Of a DNA stretch of 64,000 nt, positions 1-13,100 are shown in pieces. The translations under genes and the position numbers were made by a program. Every line of letters starts with the position of its first letter. Positions within the stretch are counted from its first letter, which is position 1. The notes beneath the pieces are model-generated. The model made no database searches and was not told the DNA's origin. It saw only the letters and a program-made list of their open reading frames with translations. This stretch comes from Balanoglossus misakiensis (Eukaryota > Animalia > Hemichordata), in NCBI GenBank assembly GCA_040954595.2, contig CM082596.2, forward strand, positions 5,015,849 through 5,079,848, read 5' to 3'.

Positions 1-699
1 AAAAGCTGTTTGTACTTTACTACGAGTATCCTCAAAATCAAGTAACCTCAAAATCAAGCGACCAGTCTGTACAGGTTCATGAGGTGGATCAGCCAGGGGG
101 GAAATAATTAGTAAAAATAGTCATAAATTCAAACGATGTAAACAATTACGACAGTGCATGGCTTAAAATAGAATCGAAACTAGTGTGCCGAAATATGCGA
201 CCCGTATCCCGTAGACCTATTAGGTTTTGACTTTACGCAAAATAAAAAAAATAGATAGGGCCAACAACTTACAAGAAGAAACAACATAGTTCTACAAGGG
301 GAAAATAAAGGGGATACGTGCAAGATGAAATGTAGTCTAAGATATGATCATTTCTGATTAGTTTAGAATCAAATGAAACAAGGTCGAACAAAGGTAATCG
401 ATATGTACTGGCTACTTGGCACGTAGGCCAGAGCTTGTACCTGTACGTGTGCCAGGTTGCCGGCTGCGGCTCACGATTTGCAACAGGTAGCCATGTGATT
501 GAGGTATGCGTCAGATTTCTTCCTCTAACGAACTAGCCCGCTGCAGTTAGCAGAAAAATAAACTTCAAAGTGTGTTTTCTGCACAAACATTTTACTCACA
601 CTTGACAGCCCAAGCTATTAAGCAAAATCTCCGGGAACACTTAAGAAGTTTTTTTCGGGAAAAGTATGAACATCGTTGATTTGATGACGCAGAAGTGAC

Positions 700-1063
700 C
701 TTTGGTTGGGGTCACTTTTCGCATAAATTAAATATGGCAGCCATCATTGGAAGATGAAGCTGACGACAAGCTGTCCATTGAAACACATCGTAGAGAAGGC
801 CCAGGTGACTGTTGTGTAGGTTTGTAGGATAACTGACCAGAGGATGTTATCAACTTCGGGACTGTTTTAGTTGGATGAAAATAGCTGAACTACGGAGATA
901 AAAAACAGTTGGTACCGACCGATCGACAAACGTACCGGAACATAACGGAATATACAGTACGTCCGGAAAGCGTGGCCGTGGGTGTGTGTGCCAGATATTC
1001 TCGGATTTTATATAACCATACGTCGTTGTAACACTTCTGAAAGTACTAGCGTGATCTCAAGAG
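700..1063 (+). promoter_or_regulatory. Candidate TRAK promoter and non-coding first exon
   Basis: Locally CpG-rich, with ETS-like CCGGAA motifs (about 935 and 963) and a consensus donor GAG|GTAAGT at 1063/1064. The next good acceptor is at 6805. No long ORF. Confidence 0.4.
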
Positions 1064-4000
1064 GTAAGTAAGTTTTCACTATTTACTACTTAGTTAACTG
1101 CCTGAGCGTAGCAATCTACGACGGCCCACAGCGGAAATATACATACCACTGAAAGCCAATCGGTAAAGTTCACCTGAGGCCCGTATAAAGTAGACGCTAC
1201 GAATGGCGACATGCAGTTGTTGCAAGTTTATTTTTAAATCACAAGATATTTGATGTTACGTGCAGCTCGAGTATGGTCCAAATGCCCTTGTCTGACCAGA
1301 CGGGGGTGACGCAAATTTATCGAATGAATGAACAGGAATGGACAACGGATATGTGACCATGGTTTGGAGGCCAAGTGTGAGGTGGTCATTTCTGTAACTT
1401 GCGTATTGCGAATTGTTCGCAATGTAGGCCTCGAAACCATCTGTCACAAATCCACACGTGAGAAAGTTGACAAATTAACAGGCACCCACCCCAATATCAC
1501 AAACAGAGACGGCGATATGTCATTGACCTTGGTTTGACCTTTATTTACATTATGAGGTCAAACGAAGAAAGTGATTTAAACGTCGTTTCGCACTGTGAAC
1601 AATAGTTAACGGTCAGGAATGGATTATAGATGTGTAGAACATAACCTGGGTATTTAGGTCACGATTTTGTCTGCAGCTATGTGTATATATAAATAGTTGT
1701 GGACAAAAGGTTCAGTCAAGTAGAACCAGTCCCACATCTTGCACTTGCTGAAGGTGACCCACTTTTCTTCACTTGAGAGGGTAAAGTTTCTGAACACCAT
1801 TGTGAAAGTCTCACAGTACAGCAAACCACTTTCACGGGTTGAGTGTTATCGTTTTGCAGTTATCTTTTCTCTTCCTGATCCTGTAAAATAAAGAAGATAA
1901 AAGGCTGTTTAATGTTAGGAATTCCAAATTTGTTACCTAAGCTTTATTAATGGGGGTTTCATACAGGAAAGATATCTGTATTGTTCAGCCAATCAGCTTA
2001 TTGGGTTACTTTAGGTCATACTGCATATGATAGGCATCATTTGATTGACAGTCTGATTGTTTTCGGATAAAACTTTGGATCTAAGGGCACAATGAACTTG
2101 TTACAGCCATTATTATAGTAGCTGGAAGGGTCTTTTCACATAATGATATAACTCTCCTAAGATTATTGCAGTTTTCAAAGTCTTGTCGATTTGTACCTAG
2201 GGTGATATTGGTTCAACCATGATTTCTTGCCATACAGTGGTACTATAGTAAACTAAACCACCAACTCAACTGATGTAATGTTGGCATTTATAAAACAAGC
2301 ATAATCTATACGTAACAGAATTTTAGTTGTCAGACAGTCAATGTTTTATCATGTACGTGATTATATTGTAACGATCTGAAAACTGTAATAGATGACAGTG
2401 TACTGTCCTACATTACAAGTACATTCGTGTATAACAGTGTCATCATTGTTTCTGTACTTGTGCAATGATGACGCATTTTATAGGTTGAAAAATTAAAAAT
2501 TAAATCAATATTTCACATTCATGATTTTTTGCCACCTTTTTTTACCTTCAGAATTTTGAATTATGCATCCTTATTATGCCAGGGACAACACTTTTATCAC
2601 ATTGATCTGATTCCCAGAAATAAATTCGGAAATTTACAATATAATTACTGTTTGACCTGTACCTGCAGGTGTTTGCCCATATTTGTCTAGGGTGCTGTGG
2701 GACGTCGTTAACTCTCATGAATATTCAGTGACTTTATTTTAATCCTATGGCCTTTTAAATGATTTATGGAGGCTGTAATATTGATATTTCATAGTTCAGT
2801 GCTGGTTATACAAATAACATTTCCTGCTAATATTAACCCTCAAATGTATCAGTTAATTTTTATGCTTGTAGATCAAACAAAGGTCAGGGAGAAAGGAAGG
2901 TGAAATTGTGATATCTTTATCAACAGATTTTTTCAAGGTTACATGTACATACGAATATGATGCAATGATGCAATATTACAATTACCCTGATCGATTACAG
3001 TTGAAAGGTGTCGCGTCGACCAAACTCATGAACAGTGGTCACCTGTGCCTCCCAGATTCACAGCACTTGACTTTTAGCTAGCTCTGGGCTCGTTTAGGAT
3101 GATACATGTGTAGGGTGAAAAGTTGAAGAACAGGGTTACTGTAAACGCGATACTAGTGTATCTGATGACAGATCCAATTCCTGATGAAATATAATCCCGC
3201 CAGAGTGAAAACATAAATTTCCAGGTCAGAACAGCAGGTCGTACAAATATTTTCACACAAGGAAGATACCTTACTGGTTTCCATTCCTTCTGGAATTTGA
3301 TACAGTGTACATTACAAGGCAAAAGTACATTGTACAAATGTCTTGTTGGAAATGTCATGGCTTTAGCCAACTTGAGTGTGGCCTAATTAAACACAAATAT
3401 CAGGACTGAACTTGCACACACCTGAGATTTGGACTTTCTACAGTACTCGGACTCAGAGAGGTCAGTCTGCACAAAGTTGTGCGAACATGCATTAATTCAG
3501 GCAGACTGTGGCCCGCTCTGTAGACAGTCCACAAACGTCTAATGGTCGGGTAATGTGGGCTGATGAGGGACACGCCGGACATAATCACCACAATACAATG
3601 AATTGTGTGTTTTGTTGAAAATGAGGTGACATGGATGGAGAATGTTATTAGCCTGACAAATATTGACCTAAGGGGATCAAGTTTCGGCAAACTGTATGGT
3701 ATACATGTACCACCTGCACCTTCTGAAAACGAAAAAACCACACCCAAACGTTATTTTCACTGATGCGTGCATCGCATTTGCATGTAACAGATGCGATCAG
3801 CCACCTTCCATTGTGTAGTGTTTGCATGGCCTCATCAGATAAGTGTGCATCAGACATTAAGTAAACACATTGTTTGTTTATAGATAACAGTAAATAACAG
3901 CAAAACACACATACTTCACAGTCTTGGTGGCCTGAATGAGTGACCCTAAATGAAATACTACATATTATAGGGTTACTTTGGATAAGATTCTTGTTCACGG

Positions 4001-6570
4001 TTCTGTTGTTCCATGTGTTAATATACATCGGCTTCAAATAAAAAAGTCGGTATTACAATTAGAAGTACATTTTTCTGGCTGACGAAAATGTTTAATGTAT
4101 TAATTCATGATAGCCTGAGTACTATCTTTGCTAGCTATGCTAGGCTTGTTTGTGACCTTAAGTTCTAGACAGTGTTGGCTGAGATAACACATCTATGCAA
4201 TTTGGACAAGATGCGAACTTGTGTGATTTGAATACCAAACTAGGATATTCTAAGGTCAGTTTGCAAATTAATCACTGAAATCAGGTGGCCTGATCACCTG
4301 ATCAGCTCAGGTGGCCAGACTGCAAAGAGCGTTGTCAAGTGTCTCCTTGAAACCAACCTCGCATCTTTGCGCAATTTTCTCGAGTAGTTTTGCTGTTTAT
4401 TGTGCAATTTGTGGTGAGTGCAATGACCAGTTACAGCATACGTGTAGAATTTTACTTTGTATATGCACAGCAAAAAGGTACTTGTAGTCAGCCAAAGGGG
4501 CCAGGCTAGCCAAAGGGTGTCAAAGGGAACCTCTTGATTTGTCCTCATCATAAAATGCATAGTGTGTACGCATGTGTCTGACCAATAAACTACCAACTAC
4601 TACTATTTTTGCACATCTGTCACTATTTTCAAACGTGACATTTTTATCTGTAAACTGATATTAATCATAGCAAAACTCTAACGTAATGTGTGTTCAGCAT
4701 GAGATATGATAAATTATCGCGTGAAACACATTGATAACAATTGCGATATTGCTAATTGGAATTTAAGCATCGTTTACTGTCACAGATCATTATTCATAAG
4801 TAAACTTATCAGATATGGTGTACAGTACCGGTACATGTAGTAACATTTGAAATTTGCAATTAGGCACCAATGGAAAATTCATTACATGCTATCGTCACAT
4901 TTCCTAAAACCTATCTACCTGCCGTGTGAAAAGATATCTACATAGTTTTGGGAGAGGGACCTTTTAATGCTATGCTTACAATGCAAGGAAATCAAACTAG
5001 GACATTTAAGCTTGGTTAGAACAACTACATGTAACACACATGCAAACACTCTCATGGTTGTTTATCATGTCCAGAAGGTCACTGCAACTTTTAGTCAATT
5101 TGCCATATTGGATGGCTGTACACATCAGTAGCAAATCCTTGGAGCAAAATATTTGTTGATTGTTTTGTTTTAGTATGTGCTCGTTGCCTCATACATATAT
5201 CATTATTATTGATTTCCTTCCAAAGAGAAAATATTGTAAATAGTTTGGTAACTGAAGAACTTTGTCCCCTCTGCGCCATTGCGCAATGTTGACAGTGGAA
5301 ATAGCTACAGTACCAGTGAGAGAAAAAAGGTGACTGCCCGATATTCACTGATATTGTCCTGTTACCGAATTTGTTTTTTACCACAGCAATGTTATTTTGT
5401 AAAGTCTGATATAGCAATTCTGAAGCCAAGATCTTGTCCATTGCAAACAGAGTGTGCATCATATAGGAAGTTTGTTGTCCCAAAAAGTATATCAGTACAA
5501 GGTACATACACGACCCCCGTACTTGAAACTACCATGATAACGACAACCTAAATGGTGCAGTGTACTTCTGTGCCCTGAATTGTCCACAACTTCACTGCAC
5601 GTAAATTCCATCCAATTTATGCTTATCTGATTTGTAGAATTTGTTCAGTGGTTCTCAATGTGATTATGCTAATTAAGGATAATTACGTGAGCTTCTGTCC
5701 ATTATAATCAAACTTAGTGTGTGTGTTCACCCCATTCAGTAAATCAGTGAGTGTTCAAGCCAGTCATGGATGACAAGAGCACAGCTGAGTCCATTTTAAG
5801 CTGAATTTCCTTCTGCATTTGTAATACACAGCTGGTCAATGATTGATTAGCAGGTGTAACTGCCAAGCTGGTTAATTTATAATAAAATATGAAATTTCGC
5901 AATAAAAATCGGCTTAGTCATGGGGGACACACTTACAAACACAGATTGTAATCAATAATGTCTGTCTTCAGATATGTACATATTGAGAATACCCTTATAT
6001 TCATATGATTAATTCATGTATAATGTAGAATAGTTCTCAGTGATCATTTAACAAGATGCGTGTATAAATGCTTCTTTGTGAAAAACAAAAGCAACTTTAC
6101 TATGCCAGAATATAATGTAGTTGAGGTATCAATTTCAAGCTGTTTGATATTTAAACAAAAAAGGCATATGCAGACAGATGTATTTACCTATGTGCTTTGT
6201 GCTTGTTCAACCAGGTTGCGACTTTATGTAAATTTTGGAGTCTATGGCTGCATCAGATTTGTGTAACCTCTAGAGGAAAGACTGAGTTCAAACTTCCTTG
6301 TGTGATTTACTTCCTTTTAATACTCTGTTGCCAATTATACTTATATAAATACAAAAAGTAGGTTGCTTCAAATTGTCAATAGTTTTTGATATGCCAGGTT
6401 AATTATTAATGGTCTTCGTTGAAACGTGGTGGGTTATCTTGGTGCATACAAGTTGAGAAGAGCGTCCTCTATGAAACAAGCTGCTGTAATCTTTTGTTTA
6501 CAATATTACCGGTAATCCGCAAGTGGCAATCATTGGTTATGATCAATTGCTTGCTCATACATCACAGAAT

Positions 6571-6757
6571 GTGTAAAACCTGTCTAAACCGAACCCTGTC
6601 TAATCTGGAAACCTGTCTACACTGAACACTCTTTCCAGTCCCCTTCACATAAGTCCTAATGTTAGAACTAGAAGAACCTCTATAAACCAGACACCTCTGC
6701 AAACCGAACAATATTCTCAGTCCCCTTTGGGGTACGGTTCAGACAGGTTTTACTGTA
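6571..6757. mobile_element. Short non-autonomous DNA transposon (MITE) with terminal inverted repeats, Tc1/mariner-pogo-like end
   Basis: Left GTAAAACCTGTCTAAACCGAACCC (6573) is the reverse complement of right GGGTACGGTTCAGACAGGTTTTAC, which is followed by TGTA (2 mismatches over 24 nt). The right end reads ...ACTG-TA. Internal sub-repeats of ACCTGTCTA/AAACCGAAC. Confidence 0.65.
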
Positions 6758-6805
6758 TCATGTTGTATTAAAATTGACTACAATGTCCATTCATTTTTTC
6801 TTCAG

Positions 6806-7135
6806 GATTTGGTACAAGTCAACTGATTGCTGTTTAGCTGCTACTGATCAACTTGCTCACAAGGAGGACCCTTTTGGACTGTGCGTGTGTGACGTGGCAA
6901 CCCCTGCATCAAGCAAGCACGGCATCGACCCATCTTGCGCAGACGTGAGACGAGAGCCCCGGACGGGAGACGGAGCATGGTAGCCTGGCGGTGACCCACC
7001 GGTAATTGTAGCCTGTCAAGCTGGCTCGTAAGCAGATACCCAGCATTTCTTTCAGGTCCGATGACGAGGAGGTGTTTGCCAATGAACTGAGCCCCAACGA
7101 TGGCATAGTTTACAAGGAGGCCAGTACTCTTACAG
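6806..7135 (+). CDS. TRAK1: TRAK 5' exon (UTR plus coding LARKQIPSISFRSDDEEVFANELSPNDGIVYKEASTLT)
   Basis: Acceptor ttttttcttcag at 6805. Donor ACAG|GTGAGT at 7135, phase 1, joins G+AT to give D of DVC. KEASTLT-DVC resembles TRAK2 RDSESIT-DVC as recalled. An alternative acceptor tttctttcag lies at 7055. Confidence 0.65.
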
Positions 7136-10100
7136 GTGAGTGGAATTGTGGAGAGAAAAGTTTGCAATCTATCTAGAATGAAAATGATGTAAAACAACAC
7201 AGATACATCAGTGTCAATCTTATCAAACTTATTTTTTGATTTCCCGATTTTAATGCCTATGCTTTCAAATGATTAGTAAATTAGTGCATGCCATACTAAC
7301 AGTTGCCTTTTTGTTTTGCTTATTGTGTGTTGGTTTCATTTCATTTCATGCTTTGCCAATGTCACAGCCACTGCCACTGATAATGCCACTGCCAATGCCA
7401 AGGTCATTGCCAATGCAGGGAGTGGAGTAGCTGGTCAGGTACCCGGCAAAGCCTCTCCAGGTATTACCATGTCATTTTGTGCACTGTCACTGAGCCTTGT
7501 GATCTTAAAATGCTTCTGTTTCTACCTAACACCACTTCATATAGCCTACGACACGACACAACACAACACAACACAACACAACACAACACAACGCAACACA
7601 ACGCAACACAACACAACACAACACAACACAACACTGTCTTGAAGTTTGACTTGAGATATAAAACAAATGTGCACATACAAATTCTTCCATAAATTTCATC
7701 TGCACATCCGTTCAGTGGGTTTATGGCACATTCTGGGATAGATATGATTTCATGAAATCTCAAATACTTTGCGTGACTTCTCTGTTTGCGGTGGAGGGTG
7801 CTTTGGACTTTGTGTGTGGTTTTTCTAAACTTGGTGGTAGGGGGCGCTTTTACTAACACACCCTGGGTAGATGTCTAGTTCCCGCTACTGTCTATGGTTC
7901 TATGTACTCTCTTCAACCTCTCTCACAACACAGCCCCCTCACCGGCAACTCAGTCTAAGCCAAGCCAGGTCAAACAAAGCTCTGAGTAGCTGACATTTGC
8001 TAGTCAATACAATGCTGGATCTGTGCTTGTTGCAAACTGTCACAGATCATTAGATACTGGCAGCTGAAAAAATATAATTTTAATTCATGATAGTTCAAGT
8101 TCATCATTGATGCAGAACACCATGTAGAAAATGGCAGTCAAATTGAACTTAATCACAAAGTAACATGTACTATTTACCAAAACACATGGTTATGATGGTC
8201 AAACTTTGTTATATTATGTTTCTTTGGTTCCTTTTATCAATGATTAATTTTGATGGCCATAGAGTACACTTAAAAAAGCAACTACAGTCTACTGTAGGTA
8301 TTGAAAAATACAGTGTGTTGAAATTTTGTTTACTCTTTGCAAGTTGCAAGCACAACTTGTTTTGACACTAGTGCAACAGTTAAATTTTATGCCGTGCCAT
8401 TTCTGGTGCTGTGTTTTATGGTTTGGCCTGTTCCGCACAGACTCTTTGAATAGCCTGGGTTTATAGAATTCTCTTTAAAAACATTACCAGTTGTGAGATT
8501 CATTCAAAGACGAGGGTGGTCAGGGTACTAGGTGACTCGAAGGCATTTTGTGACTGAGGTAATTTTAAGAGGGAATGTTTGAGTGTGTGTCTTACCTCAA
8601 TCGACTTGCTCGAGCGCAAGGCCACTTTTTGATCAACAAATTGACCATGAAGCACAGTAGGTACATACGTGTGGTTGTCCACTAAGCTCTTTCTGTGGAA
8701 GACTAGTCCCACAGGTAGCACTCAATACCAGCCAACAATCACCTTGTTGTTTCACCGGCCCATACAGCACTTACTGACAGTGCGATGAGATCTCATGCAT
8801 AGTGAGATCACCACAAAATTACCCACAATGCCACAAATTTAAGACCAGGCTAGAATATTGTGAAAGGTAAACGCTCACCAATGCAAATTTAGGCACATTT
8901 CCAACAGGGAGTTGAGATCTAGCCAATGAGAGATTTTCACTTGGGTGACCTGAAAATAGGACACCACCACACGGTCATGAAAAGACTAAGGCATGCCTCT
9001 GGAGCTTGACCATTGTCAGAGTGACCAAATTCTTGCAAAGTATTGTATGATCTGTCAAGTGTAAATTTTCCATTTTCTATATAAGCTGTAAAGATTGGTT
9101 TCACTGATGTGGATTTTTTTCATGTATTCTATCACTGAGAATATCGCCAACATTGTATCTAACTCCTCTAATAAATCCTGTTACTCTGTCTTCCAATGAA
9201 TCAGAAAATATTTTTGGTAGAAATGTACTAACCGTAGTTTGATACATTTTGTGTGTGTGTTTTTTTATCACGTAGATGTGTGCAACAATTCTAATATTCC
9301 AGAAGTTGAGATTATCAGTCTGCTGGAAGAGAAAATCCCTCTCTATAAATTACGAGCCGATACAATCACTAATCTAACGTACGATCACGAAGACTGGACG
9401 CACACAGCTTCCGCCGCTCACCACGAGCAGGAGGAGGAGGCGTATGACCTTTCACCTGCCCTTGCAGAGGAGACACTGAAATATTTCAGTAAGTGGAGTA
9501 CAGTCTAGTCTGAGTGTGTGTGTATGTGTGTGTTTGTTTGTGTGTGTGCGTACAGTGATTTTGTTGAGACTGGTACCTTGGTAAATGTTCACGGGATTCT
9601 CCAGTTATTTCACCAGGGATCCCCTGGATATATCTATGCATTTATACGATAGCTACTTTTTTGTAGCAGAAACATTTCTGGGGTCCCCGGTTCATTTACC
9701 AATGGTTCTTAACCTTAGCAAAAACACTGTGTGTGCAGCACATTGTTCTTATGTATCAACTGTATTGTACGTAGCTTTGTGTTCGCCAGTATATGTTGAT
9801 GCTGATGGCGAAATTTTTCCAGTTTGTCTGTACTCCTCTGCTCATCTATACTGGATCCAAAGTACCGGTAAGTTACCGACTGGGTCAGGTGGGGTGTCTT
9901 ACGGCCCTGACTGAGGATTGCAGAAAAATGTAATTTCATGGAGACGAAGATGAAGCAGCCAAAAACTGTTGAAATACGAAGAAACTGGACAGCGGACACC
10001 CTCTACAATGTACTTTGTGATTTTACCACCTTGTAACCTTTCACCATGTGGTTCTCAGCTCTTACTGGTCAAATGACAAATCTTAGATTTTGGCGCAGTC

Positions 10101-13100
10101 TGATATGATAATAGTAATTGTAATTGTCAATTAGCACTAAATTTCAGATGCATATTGTAGCGTTGAAGCCAAATCTGCCTTGGCAGAAGCTGAGTACTGG
10201 AAATGTTCCAAATTTAGTTGCTGTATCATGGCAGGTCTTGTGATTTGCTATGCGGGCCACTTAACCTTAGTTACCCTTTTTGGTTAAAATTTTGAGAAAA
10301 TTGATGAGAATTCATCTGTCTCGATCAGTGATTAATTTTTCAGGGATTGAATTGTCTGTGCATGATCCTTTTAAGTTTTGTTCATATTTGACGAAAAAAA
10401 TTAATGGGGATTACGTCACTGTTTTAAGAAAATGACATAATTTGTCATGATGATCATTGCTGCAAAAGGCTGAGGCAGTTGTCGTAAAAGGGTGCAGTGT
10501 TTGCTGCAAAGGGGTGCACAGGACATTGCTGTCTTGTGATTGGCTGATGTTTCATTGTTGAGTTTATGCAACAGGTAGCTGCATGATTGACATCTTAAAA
10601 ATGCATGATGTAACCCACAACCTGTGCGATAACCTCAAATGACCTTTTTGATATGATAAGTAAAAAAACTGAGATAAAGTGTTGGACTTTGAATGGTGAA
10701 AACAGCGATGGCACAGTGCGTTCTTTGTCGGGTAATTATACACCCAGGTGTTTGCGATTCATGACCGGGCAATCTGTCAAATTATTAGTGGACGTCGTCG
10801 GATTTAGTCTTGTATTACAGATCGTGACTATTGTCAAGGCATCTGTATAGAGCCAAACAAACAAACAAGATTTTCATGGTTTCTCCCAGTCCTTGTGGAG
10901 CTGAAAAAACGGCACAACCTCGTTCCCATCTCTGTCACATTGGTGCCCACCCCATGGCCCCGTGTATCTTCTCTGTAGGAATATTCCGTCCCCGTATGCT
11001 GCGATTAACGTACTATTCTTGCAGTGTGTTGACATACTTGGTTGGGGGAGGGTGTGGGAACTGGGTGTTTTGACGTGCACCTGAGGTCGAAATTTTATCC
11101 CAGGGCACTGGAAATATGATTGGCTGTTTTGCTTGTTTCTTGCATAGCATATCAGATGTTGTCCAGGTGTTGTGTGTGATACATTCACACGATGGAAATT
11201 TGACTTAATTGGAAAATAATCCATGAGAAATGTTTGGGTTGCTGTCCTTGGTTCAATAAACTTATAATGTCAGTGATGAAGGAGCTGACCTGCTTTCTGT
11301 TGCTTGCACTGTAACTACACTCTACATCTCAGTAATTAATAGATGATAAACTCCTTTGTTGCTAGGGGTTACATAATCCTCTGCAGCTATGAGAATTATA
11401 ATATGTCAAAAGGGATGACTGATCACGTTTGTATACTAATGAATTTATAGCCGACAGTTTTCAATAAGATTTCAAGTGATTAACTAGGACTTGATTATAA
11501 AGCAGCATGCCCAGTCTAGCCAAAGGTCACCCGCAGGAAATTGTGTCTCTGAGGAAATGAAGTGGGAACAAGCACACCCTGGTTACCTAGCAACAGTGAT
11601 TATGTACATTACCACTTGTAGTGGGGACTTTGTGTTCCGTCTGCTAAGGAATCTTGATTCCCTGATGCCTATTGTTCTCCTAGACTTTTATCCCATTGGA
11701 TCATTATCCTACAGAACAATTGCCACAGTGGGATACATCTTAAGAGGCTAATATCCAGTGAGATAAATGCCCTTTACTGATTTAAGTGGGTAACAACAAA
11801 ACAATGTCTGAAAAAATTACCTCATTTGTGATGTACATATAAAAGAATTTAAAGTAGCAATGTCTACCTGGTGCTCATAGGTTAGTACCAGGTGTATGTA
11901 CTGATTATGGTGTGTTTTCTTGTTGTTCATACTATCTACCAAAATATCTGAATCTTCAAACAAGTGCTCGATTTCCCATGTTCATCAGGTATGATGATAA
12001 CGTCAGATGCGATGAACTTCATTAACCATGAATGTCACGAAGTGGCTCGTTGTTTACATTGCACACATTCAAGTATTCTCTCCAGGGTAACTTCCTTGTC
12101 AAATATTTGCCTTTCCATTTATAGAGTTTTAATTTTCTGCATATAACTGCATGAAATTCTGAAATGTTTGGATACATTGAGTCAAGAGGGGTGTCTGTCA
12201 GTTCAGAAAGTAGAAAAATAAACATTAGCAGTGATTGTCACATTACTTCAGCCATACATTATTAGGACAGTTATAAACAGAATTTTCATAATATGATTAC
12301 ATAAGCACTAATATTAAAAAAATTATGGATGCGTTTATGGAAAATTTATATTATATAATGCCTTACTAAATGTATTTTGGCGATGTATTCTGTGTGATTG
12401 TCACGACAACTGAGGTTGCTAGTTTTTCAGTCACTGACTGGCGACGTATTGTAGGTGTGTCTGAATTGAAAGTGGATTCATAATGTAGTGACGAATAAGC
12501 TTGATATTAGCATGACAATAGAATCATTGTCCAATCCTTTGAGTGAAGCGAACACCCTTCACTTCATTGTCTTTTCAGCGCCGTGTGTACGTACGTATGT
12601 AACCTACCGGCGGTCGCTGACTCGATTATAAGGGTCCGAGGGCTGCCATCGGGCGACCTTACCACACCTGGAAAATGTAGCGGTGTCACTATTCTGTCCT
12701 GTTTTTATTTCGAGGGAGATAAGCGTGTGCGCATCATTCTGTGCCTTTCGCCGCCCCTGTGACTGAAAGCGAACGTAAAATGTAGCGTGGGTTATGCCCC
12801 TATAGTGGGAACCTGCCTCATTCATGGAATTCTGTGTGTCCGACATTGACAGTACTGATGTAACAGCCACGGAATGTGCCTTAAATGCCGTCACGCAAGG
12901 TACGAATCCGAACGTTAATTTCACCTGATCGCTTTTCTGCTAGTAATAGTATGATTCATGTAACAAGAGGGGTCATCCTTCATTTTGTAATCCACACACA
13001 TACGCTTGATGTTCACTCCTAATGATAGGGTACATATTATCTCAACCAGGTTCTATGTGAATGTCAAGTGAATTTATTTCTCTTTGCATAAGCTTGAAAC

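Noticed and set aside
7316-7859. ORFs containing HNTTQ or CCVVL repeats (and the similar ORFs at 28550-29002)
   Set aside because: They are translations of microsatellites.
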